Source of the DNA: an uncultured Acidobacteriota bacterium
GTDB taxonomy: Bacteria > Acidobacteriota > Thermoanaerobaculia > Multivoradales > UBA5704
DNA: 64,000 bases
NCBI GenBank assembly: GCA_963698025.1
Contig: OY969112.1
Coordinates: 5,445,200-5,509,199, forward strand
Direction: 5' to 3'
The position numbers and the translations under genes are program-made. Shown in pieces: positions 39,363 through 64,000 of the stretch. A model generated the notes under the pieces. That model was given only the letters and a program-made list of their open reading frames with translations. It was not told the DNA's origin and searched no databases. How positions within the stretch are numbered: the stretch's first letter is position 1; each line of letters starts with the position of its first letter.

Positions 39363-42300
39363 GCGTCGCCGACCGCATCTCCGCCCTCACCCCGGAACAG
39401 CGGGCGCTGTTCGAGAAGCTGCGAGAGCAGCAGCGCCGGGCCGCGCGCCTTCATCAGCCGCCGCCGATCCGGAAGGTGAGCGGCCCCGACGGCGCGGGGG
39501 ACTGGCCGCTGTCGTTCGATCAGGAGCGCTTCTGGTTCGTGGAGCAGCTCTACCCCGGCAGGGCGGGGCTCAGCATCGTCGCCGCGACCCGCATGCGCGG
39601 CCCGCTCTCGGTGCCGGTGATGGCCGCGGCGCTCGCGGCGATCGCCCGCCGTCACGCCGCCTGGCGCACCACCTTCCCGGCGGTCGGCGGCGTGCCGGTG
39701 CAGCGGGTGGCCGCCGCCGCCGGGCCGCGGCTCGCGCTGATCGACCTCGCGGCTCTGCCGGCGCAGCGGCGCGAGGCCGAGGTGTCCCTCCTGGTCGGCG
39801 TGGACGCGGCCGCTCCCTTCGATCTGGAACACGGACCGCTCGTCCGTTCGAGCCTGCTCCGCGTGGGCGTGGAAGAGCACGTCTGCCTGTTCACGATCCA
39901 CCATCTGGTGACCGACTTCATCTCCTTCCAGATCGCCTGGGGGGAGCTGGTGGCGCTCTACGACGCGCTGTCGTCCGGGCGGCCGGCCGCGCTTCCGGAG
40001 CCGCCGGTCCAATACTCGGACTTCGCGATCTGGCAGCGCGAGTGGCTGCAGGGAGAGGTGCTGGAGGACTTGGTCTCCTGGTGGCGCGAGCGGCTGGACG
40101 GCTTCCCGCTGGCGCTCGACCTGCCGACCGACCGGCCGCGTCCGGCCGTGGCGAGAATGCGCGGCGAGCAGCTGCGCGTCGGCATCCCCCGCGAGCTGTC
40201 CGAGGGGTTGCGCGTCCTCGCCCGCGAGGAGGGGGCGACCCTCTTCATGACCGTGCTCGCGGCCGCGGCCGCGCTGTTCTGCCGCGACTCCGGCCAGGAA
40301 CGGATGATCCTGGGGGCCAACAACGCCAACCGCAACCGGCCCGAGATCGCGACCTTGCTCGGCTGCTTCCTCACCCAGGTGCCGTTCCCCATCGACCTGA
40401 CGGGAGATCCCCCCTTCCGCGAGCTGCTGGCACGGGCCCGCCAGTCGGCGCTCGGCGCCTACGCGCACCAGGACCTGCCGTTCGGCAAGCTGGTCGAGGC
40501 GGTGCAGCCGGAGCGCGACACCAGCCGCCAGCCGCTGGTCCAGGCGCTGGTCCAGGTGATCGACGGTCAGATCTCCGACGTGGCGCTCGCCGGCATCACC
40601 CTTGAGGGGGTCGACTCCTACGACGGCAACGCCCGCTACGACCTGATGCTGACGCTCTTCGACTACCCCGAGGGGATGGCGGGCTCGCTCGAATACGACG
40701 CCGACCTGTTCGAGGGCGCCACGGTCGAGCGTCTGTTCGCCCGTCTGCGGGCCTTGATGGCGGCCGCGGTGGCCGATCCCGGCCTGCGCCTCCAATCCCT
40801 CCCGCTGTTCTCCGCGGCGGAGCTCGACCAGCTCCGGCGCGACGAGCGGGCGCCCGCCTTCGACCCCGGGCCGGCCGCGGGGCTCTGCGTCCACGAGCTG
40901 ATCGCCGGGCGGGCGCGCCTCGCCCCCGATTCCGAGGCGGTGGTCTGCGGCGAAGAGCGGCTGAGCTACCGCCAGCTCGACCGGCGCGCCGAGGCGCTGG
41001 CGGGCCGCCTGCGAGCCCTGGGCGTCGGCCCCGAGGTGCCGGTCGCGCTCTGCGTCGAGCGGTCGGCCGGATTGGTGGTCGGCCTGCTCGGCATCCTCAA
41101 GGCCGGCGGCGTCTACGTGCCGCTCGAGCCGGAGGACTCGGCGTCGCGGCTGGCGTTCGTCCTCGCCGACTCGGGGGCGGCGGCGCTGGTGACGCAGGCG
41201 TCGCTCGGCCCCGCCCTGCCGGCGGTGGACGTCCCCCGCGTCCTGCTGGACGAGCTGGAAACGGCAGACGCGCCCATGACTTTCTATGCGGCCCCCTTGC
41301 CGGACAATCTGGCCTACGTGATCTACACCTCCGGCTCGACCGGCAGGCCCAAGGGGGTGGCCGTGACCCATGCCGCCGCGGCCGGGCACGCCCTCGCCTG
41401 CGTTCGGGTCCATGAGATCGAGCTGGGAGCCCGGGTGCTCCAGTTCAACTCCGCCAGCTTCGATCCCGCGCTCGAGCAGACCCTCTCGGCCCTGGTCGCC
41501 GGCGCCATCCTGGTGGTCCGCGGGCCCGAGCTGTGGGAGCCGGAGGACCTGACAGCGCGCATCGCCACGCTGGAGCTGACGGTCGTCGACCTCCCCACCG
41601 CCTACTGGGCGCGCTGGGCGGCGGCTGAAGGGCGGGCCGAGGCTCCGCCACGGCTCCGCCGGGTGATCGCGGGCGGCGAGGAGATGCGCGCCGAGAGCGC
41701 GCGTCAGTGGCACCGCACGCCGCTCGCCGGCGTGCCGCTGTTCAACGCCTACGGGCCGACCGAGGCGGTGATCTCCGCCACCTTGCACGAGGTGCGGCCC
41801 GGCGAAGGCGAGGCCGGACCGGTGCCGATCGGCCGGCCGCTGCCCGGCCGCGTCGCCCGGGTGCTCGGCCGCCGGGGAAGCCGCCAGCCGGCCGGCGTTC
41901 CCGGCGAGCTTGCCTTGGGTGGCCTGCTCGCCCGCGGCTACCTCGGCCGGCCCGATCTCACCGCCGAGCGGTTCGTCCCCGATCCGTTCGCCGGCCCCGG
42001 AGACCGCCTCTACCGCACCGGCGATCTGGTGCGCCGCAGGCCGAACGGCGAGCTGGAGTTCCTCGGCCGCGTCGACGACCAAGTCAAGATCCGCGGCTTC
42101 CGTGTCGAGCCGGGGGAGATCGAGGCGGCGCTGCTGGCACACCTGGAGGTCGCACGAGCCGTGGTGGTCGCGCGGGCCGCGGGGAATGGGGAGAAGCAGC
42201 TGGTCGCTTACTGCGTACCTGCCGGCGTACCTGCCGGCGATGCCGCGGCCTGCACGGCGTCCGGCCTGCGCGAGCACCTGGCGGCGCGCCTGCCGGCCTA

Positions 42301-45300
42301 CATGGTTCCCGCCGCCTTCGTGTTCCTGCCCGAGCTGCCGGTCGGCAGCACGGGCAAAGTCGACCGCGACCGCCTGCCCGCGCCCGAGCTCTCCGCCGGC
42401 GACCTGGGGGAGGCGCCGTGCACGGCCGCCGAGGAGATCGTGGCGGGAATCTGGTGCGAGGTACTGGGGTTGGCCCGGGTCTCCCGGTCGGCCAATTTCT
42501 TCGAGCTGGGCGGGCACTCCCTGCTCGCCACCCAGGTCGTGAGCCGTCTGCGCGCCGCCACCGGCGCCGAGCTGGCGCTGCGCGAGATGTTCCAGTCACC
42601 AACGGTGGCAGCCCTCGCGGCAGCCGTCGAGGCGTCGCTCTCGGTAGGGGTCTCCACCGCGGCGCCGCCGCCGATCCGACCCGTCCCCCGGGACGCCGGC
42701 CTGCCGCTCTCCTTCGCCCAGGAGCGCCTCTGGTTTCTGGACCGCCTGTCGCCGGGCAACGCCGGCTACCACATCCCGCTCGCCCTTGCCGCCCACGGCG
42801 AGCTCTCCCTGCCCGTCCTGGAGAGGGCGCTCGGCGCCATGGTGCGGCGCCACGAGACGCTACGCACCACCTATGGGGCACAGGCGGACCGGCCGGTCCA
42901 ACGGATCTCCCCCCCCGCCTTCTGGGCGCTCCCCCTGGTGGACCTCGCGGCGCTGCCGGAGGCGTCCAGGCGCGTGGAGGCGCGGCGCCTGGCCGATGGG
43001 GAGGTGGCGCGGCCTTTTGACCTGGAGCGCGATCCCGTGCTGCGCGCGAGCGCCCTCCGCCTCGCTCCCCGCGAGCACGTGCTGCTGCTGGTCGTCCATC
43101 ACATCGCGGCCGACGGCTGGTCGCTCGGCGTGATGGTGGAGGAGATCGTCGCCCTCTATCCTCCGATCCCACACCCGCCGGTCCCCGCGCTCGCCGTCCA
43201 GTACGCCGACTTCGCCGTCTGGCAGCGCGAGTGGCTGCGCGGCGAGGCGCTGGAGCGGCAGCTCGCCTACTGGCGCGAGCGGCTCGCGGGCGCGCCGGCT
43301 CTCGACCTGCCGACCGACCGGCCGCGGCCGCCGGCGCAGAGCTTCCGCGGTGCCACCCGGATGCACGCGATCGCAGCGGTGACCACCCGAGCCCTGGAGG
43401 CCCTGGCGCGGCGCCACGACGCTACCCTGTTCATGGTACTGCTCGCCGCGATGCAGACCCTGCTCGGCCGTTACGCCGGCCAGGAGGACGTGGTCCTCGG
43501 CTCGCCGATAGCCAACCGCACCCGTGCCGAGCTCGAGCCGCTGATCGGCTTCTTCGTCAACACCCTGGCTCTCCGCGGCGACCTGGCGGGCGACCCACCG
43601 TTCGGCGAGTTGGTGGCCCGCTCGCGGCGCGCGGCCCTGGAGGCCTACGCGCACCAGGACCTCCCCTTCGAGCGGCTGGTCGAGAAGTTGCGCCCCGAGC
43701 GGCGGCTGTCGCACAACCCGATCTTCCAAGTGATGTTCGCGCTCCAGAACACGCCGCTCCGCGCCATCGACCTGCCGGGTCTGACCTTCTCGCCGGTCGA
43801 GTTCGCCTTCCCGGCTACCCGCTTCGACCTCGAGGTCTTCTTCACCGAGGTGGCGGGCGGTCTCTCGGTCCAGCTCACCTACGCCACGGACCTGTTCGAC
43901 GCCACCACGATCGCGCGCCTGGAGAGCCATCTGGACGCCTTGCTCGCAGCGGCGGCCGCGGACCCGTCCCAGCCGCTGTCGGAGCTGCCGCTCCTGCCGG
44001 CGCCCGAGCGCCACCAGCTCCTGGTCGGCTGGAACGACACCGCGGTGGCGATTCCGCGCCAGGACGTGGCGTCGCTCTTCGCGGTGCAAGCGCGGCTCCG
44101 GCCGGACGCGGTGGCCGTCTCCGCCGAGGAGGGGGACCTCACCTACGCCGAGCTCGACCGCCGGTCGTCGCGGCTGGCGCGCCGGCTCGCCGCGGCTGGG
44201 GTCGGCCCGGAGGTCCGCGTCGCGCTCCTGGCGCAGCGCTCGCCGGCGATGATCGTGGGCCTCCTGGGCATCCTCAAGGCCGGCGGCGCCTACGTGCCGC
44301 TCGATCCGTCGTACCCCGCCGACCGGCTCGCCTGGATGCTCGCCGACTCCGAAGCCCGGGTCCTCCTCGGCCAGCCCGAGCTGCTCGCGGAGCTGCCGGA
44401 GGAGATGGGCGGGACATCGGTAATGGCGCTGACGGCCGATCCCGAGGTCGTCGAGGAGGCGGAGCCCCAGGGTCCGCTCCCCGGCGGCCTCGCCTACGTG
44501 ATGTACACCTCCGGCTCGACCGGTCGTCCCAAGGGGGCGGGCGTCACCCATCGCAACATCGTGCGGCTGGTGCGGGAGAGCGGCTTCGCCGACCTCGGCG
44601 CCGGGCAGGTCTTCCTCCAACTCGCGCCGATCTCCTTCGACGCTTCGACCCTGGAGATCTGGGCGCCGCTGCTCAACGGGGGACGGATCGCTATCTTCCC
44701 GCCGCGCCGCCCCTCCCTGGAGGAGCTAGGGGAGACGATCGCCCGCTTCGGCGTCACCTCCCTCTGGCTGACGGCGGGGCTCTTCCACCAGATGGTCGAC
44801 GAACGCCTCGAAGCCCTGCGGCCGTTGCGGCAGCTCCTGGCCGGGGGGGACGTGCTCTCGCCCCCGCACGTGCGCCGGGCCCTCCTCGGCCTTCCGGGGC
44901 TCACCCTGATCAACGGCTACGGACCGACCGAGGGGACGACCTTCACCTGCTGCTTCCCGATGACCGCCCCGGAGCAGGCGGGGGCGACCGTGCCGCTTGG
45001 ACGGCCGATCGGCAACACGCGGACCTATGTCCTCGGCACGGATCTGCGGCCGGTCCCCATCGGCGTCTGGGGGGATCTCTGCATAGCCGGCGAGGGCCTC
45101 TCGCGCGGCTATCTCGGCCGTCCGGACCTCACCGCCGAGCGCTTCGTTCCGGATGCGTTCGCGGCGGAGCCGGGAGGGCGGCTCTACCGGACGGGCGACG
45201 TCGTCCGCTTCCGTCCCGACGGTCTGATCGAGTTTCTCGGCCGGCGCGACGGCCAGGTCAAGCTGCGCGGCTTCCGCATCGAGCTGGGAGAGATCGAGAG

Positions 45301-47136
45301 CGCGCTCGCCCGCCACCCGGCGGTGCGCGAGGCGGTGGTGGTGGCCCGCGACGACGGCGGGCCGATCGGCCGCCGCCTGATCGCCTACGCGGTGCCGCAG
45401 CCGGCGGCGGCGGCGGGCGCCGGCGACGGGCTCCAGTACGTCGAGCAGTGGCGCGAGCTGTACGACCAGACCTACGCGCAGGGGGCGCCGCCCCAGGCGA
45501 GGGAGGACGACACCTTCAACCTCCAGGGTTGGAACAGCAGCTACACCGGCGAGCCGATCCCGGCCGGGGAGATGCGCGAGTGGCTGGACGGCACAGTCGG
45601 GCGCCTGCTCGCGCTGCCGCACCGCCGGGTGCTGGAGGTGGGCTGCGGCACCGGGCTCCTGCTCTTCCGCGTCGCCCCCGAGGCCGAGCGCTATCGCGGC
45701 ACCGACTTCTCGGGCGTGGCGCTGGCCCAGGTCCAGGCCGAGCTCGCCGGGCGCGGCCTGCCGCAGGTCGAGCTGGCCCAGGGGCTCGCCGATGACTGGG
45801 CCGGCGTACGGCCCGGCGATTTCGAGCTCGTCGTCCTCAACTCGGTCGTCCAGTACTTCCCCGGCGTGGAGTACCTGGTGAAGGTGCTCGAAGGGGCGGT
45901 AGCGGCGGTGGCGCCCGGGGGCGCGGTCTTCGTGGGCGACGTGCGCAGCCTGCCGCTGCTCGAGGCCTTCCACGCCTCGGTGCAGCTCCACCGCGCCGCG
46001 GACTCCCTTCCGGCGGCCGAGCTGGCGCGGCGGGTGGGGCGCCGCGTCGCGGACGAGGAGGAGCTGGTGGTAGATCCCGAACTCTTCCTGGCCCTGGCTC
46101 GCCGGCTGCCCGCGGTCTGCCGGGTCGAGGTGCTGCTCAAGCGCGGGCGCCACGCCAACGAGCTGACCCGCTTCCGCTACGACGTGATCCTCCACGTCGG
46201 AGGCGTGGAGAAGGGCGGGGACGAGTCCCGCCCCTACGTATGGGAGTCCCTCGGCGGGTTGGAGCGGCTCCTGGCGGAGCGCCCTGCGGCGGTCACCGTT
46301 TCGGGCATCCCCAACTCCCGGCTCGCCGGGGCGGCGATGGCTCTGGAGCTGCTCGCCGGCCGCGAGATGGAGATGGCCGGGGAGCTGCGCGCCGAGATCG
46401 AACGCCGGGCCGGCGCGGCGGTCGATCCCGAGGATCTCTGGGTCCTCGCCGACCGCCTGGGCTACGACGCCGACCTGACCGGGTCCGCCGCGGGGGGGGC
46501 GGACGGCCGCTTCGACGCCGTCCTGCGCCGCCGCGGAGCGGGCGTTCCGGCCGGCGTGTCGCCTGGGGAAGCGGGGGGCGAGGAGCTCCCCTGGAGCGCT
46601 TACGCCAACGATCCGCTACGCGCCGACCAGGCGCGGCGGCTGGCGCCGGAGCTGCGGCGCTTCCTGGAGTCCGAGCTGCCGGAGTACATGGTGCCGTCCG
46701 CCTTCGTTCTCCTCGACGCGCTGCCGCTCACCCCCAACGGCAAGGTCGACCGGGCGGCGCTCCCCGCGCCGGAGGGCGCGCTTGAGCCCTCCGAGGAGTG
46801 GATCGCCCCGGCCACGCCGCTCGAAGCGCTGCTGGCCGGGGTCACCGCGGAATTGCTCGGCCTCGAGCGGGTGGGTATGCGGGATAACTTCTTCGAGCTC
46901 GGTGGGCACTCGCTGCTCGCCACCCAGCTCGTCTCGCGCTTGGTCCAGGGGCACGGCGTCCCGGTGACGCTGCAGATGGTGTTCGACGCGAGCGATCTGG
47001 GAGGGCTGGCGGACCGCATCGTCGAGGCCGAGCTCGCGAGCGCCGACGACGGGCTCCTCGACGAGGCCCTGCGCGACATGGAGGGGCTCCCCCCCGAGGA
47101 GTTGCAAGCGATGCTCGAGCAGGTGGAGGGAGGAAG

Positions 47137-47140
<4 letters not shown>
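39359..47140 (+). CDS. NRPS, 2593 aa: [C-A-T]-[C-A(MT)-T]-docking (modules 6-7)
   Basis: The N-terminus MSVADRISALTPEQRALFEKLREQ is a docking helix. C1 carries the variant HHLVTDFISF and C2 the canonical HHIAADGWS. Both A domains have YTSGSTGRPKG cores. An embedded SAM methyltransferase ([21 protein letters not shown]) sits between the A8 motif ([13 protein letters not shown]) and A9/A10 (LPEYMVP, NGKVDR). The C-terminus is an acidic docking tail, EELQAMLEQVEGGS. Confidence 0.95.
45400..46600 (+). other. Methyltransferase domain embedded in the A domain of module 7
   Basis: As above. Boundaries approximate. Confidence 0.75.
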
Positions 47141-62040
<14,900 letters not shown>

Positions 62041-62299
62041 CGGCGGAGGCGTTCATCCCCGATCCGTTCGGCGGCCCGGGCGAGCGCCTCTACCGCACCG
62101 GCGACCGGGTACGCCGCCGGCCCGACGGCCGCCTCGACTTCCTGGAACGGATCGACGGCCAAGTGAAAATCCGCGGCTTCCGCATCGAGCTGGGGGAGAT
62201 CGAGCGGGTGCTCGAGCGGCATCCCGAGGTGGCGGCGGCGGCGGTGGTGGCGCGCGGGGAGGGGGAGGCCGCCGGGCTTCGGCTCGTCGCCTACGCCGT

Positions 62300-63560
62300 G
62301 CCGCGCGAGGGGCGGGAAGTCCAGCGGGATGGGGACGAGGATCTCGCCTACGTCGCCGAGTGGCAGACGCTGTACGAGGAGGCCTACGGGCGGGAGGACG
62401 CGGCCGGAGCGCCGGACCCGACGTTCGACATCAGCGGCTGGAACAGCACCTACACCGGCGAGCCGATCCCGGCCGAGCAGATGCGTGAGTGGATGGAGGG
62501 CACGGTCGAGCGGCTCCTGGCGCTGCGCCCCCGGCGGGTGCTGGAGGTGGGCTGCGGCACCGGCCTGCTGCTCTTCCAGGTGGCGCCGTCGACCGCGCTC
62601 TACCTCGGCATCGACTTCTCGTCGCGCGCCCTGGGGGGCATCCGGCGCCAGCTCGAGGTCCCCGGCCGGGAGCTGCCGCAGGTCGAGCTGCGGCAGGCCA
62701 TGGCCCACGAAGTGTTCGGGATTGCGCCGGAGCCGCTCGACCTCGTCGTGCTCAACTCCGTCGTCCAGTATTTTCCAGGCGTCGACTACCTGGTGAAGGT
62801 CCTGGAAGGGGCGGTTGCGGCGGTCGCCCCTGGTGGGGCGGTCTTCATGGGGGACGTGCGGAGCCTGCCGCTGCTGCCGGCGCTCCACGCCTCGGTCGAG
62901 CTGTTCCAGGCGCCGGGGGAGATGCCCGTCGCCGAGCTGCGGCGGCGGATCGGCCGTCGGCTGGCGGACGAGGAGGAGCTGGCGGTCGATCCGCGGCTCT
63001 TCTTCGCTCTCGCCCGCCGGCTTCCCGCGATCCGCCGGGTCGAGATCCTGCTCAAGCGGAGTCGCCACGCCAACGAGCTGACCCGTTTCCGTTACGACGT
63101 GGTCCTCCACACCGGTGAGGGGGGTGCGGGAGCGGAGCTCGTCTCCTGCGCCTGGAAGTCCCTCGCGGAGCTGGAGCGGCGGCTGACGGGGGAGGCTCCC
63201 GCGGCGCTCGCCGTCTCCGGTATCCCCAATGCCCGCCTCGCCGGTGAGGCGGTGGCCCTGGAGCTGCTCGCCGGCGCCAGACCTGGGACGGAGAGCGTGG
63301 AGACACTGCGGGCCGAGGTCGAGCGGCGGGCCGGTGCAAGCGGGGCGGTGGAGCCCGAGGAGCTCTGGACTCTCGCGGACCGCCTGGGTTACGACGCCGA
63401 CCTGACCTGGTCCGCGGCGGGGGGCGTGGACGGCCGTTTCGACGCCGTCCTGCGGCGGCGCGGAGCAGGCATTCCGGCCGGGTCGGCGATCGCTCCCGTC
63501 AGCGGCGAAGAGCCGCCGTGGAGCGCCTACGCCAACGAGCCGTTGCGCGCTGTCAGGGAG
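62300..63560 (+). other. Methyltransferase domain embedded in the A domain of module 11; paralog of the module-7 MT
   Basis: About 75% amino-acid and ~85-88% nucleotide identity to 45400-47140 over spot-checked stretches. Confidence 0.75.
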
Positions 63561-64000
63561 CGGCGCCTGCCGCCGGAGCTGCGGCGTTTCCTGGAGGCCG
63601 AGCTGCCGGAGTCCATGATCCCCGCCACCTTCGTCCTCCTCGACGCGCTGCCGTTGACGCCCAACGGCAAGGTGGACCGGGCGGCGCTCCCCGCGCCGGA
63701 GCGGGCGGCGGCCGCGGGCGAGTGGGTCGCTCCGGCCACGCCGCTGGAAGACCTGCTCGCCGGGGTCGTCGCCGAGGTGCTCGGCCTCGAACGGGCAGGC
63801 ATGCGGGACAACTTCTTCGCCCTTGGCGGGCACTCGCTGCTCGCCACCCAGCTCGTCTCGCGCCTGACCCAGGAGCACGGCATCCAGGTGACGCTGCAGA
63901 TGATCTTCGACGCCGCGAACCTCGGGGAGCTGGCCGACCGCATCGTCGAGGCCGGGCTCGCGAGCGCCGACGCCGGGCTCCTCGACGAGGCGTTGCGCGA

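Overview
A very GC-rich (about 70%+) bacterial chromosomal segment. The first ~14.6 kb is mostly housekeeping and signalling genes. On the minus strand, two tandem APC amino-acid permeases, a PAS-GGDEF-EAL protein and a FIST-domain sensor form one operon. Next comes an orphan methylmalonyl-CoA-mutase catalytic subunit, a secreted hypothetical, a tandem-HhH ComEA-like protein, a small Cys-rich secreted protein, the B12-dependent class II ribonucleotide reductase NrdJ with a candidate NrdR-box pair, an alpha/beta hydrolase, and a heme-oxygenase-like (HDO/TenA/PqqC-fold) protein. From 14654 to the window end (more than 49 kb) the window is filled by one colinear lipopeptide-type NRPS/PKS assembly line. 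Gene 1 (18.4 kb) is FAAL-ACP followed by five C-A-T modules, one of them with tandem T domains. It is followed by a single PKS module (KS-AT-KR-carrier) that is broken by three frameshifts, each in a poly-G tract, and that appears to have an inactive KR. Then come a free-standing C domain, a two-module NRPS gene ending in an A domain interrupted by a methyltransferase, and a four-module NRPS gene with two E domains and a second MT-interrupted A domain. That last gene also carries a poly-G frameshift and runs off the window end; no TE domain is seen. Recurrent REP-like palindromes with a TGTAGGGGCG core sit at two gene junctions. No rRNA, tRNA, CRISPR array or transposase was recognised.
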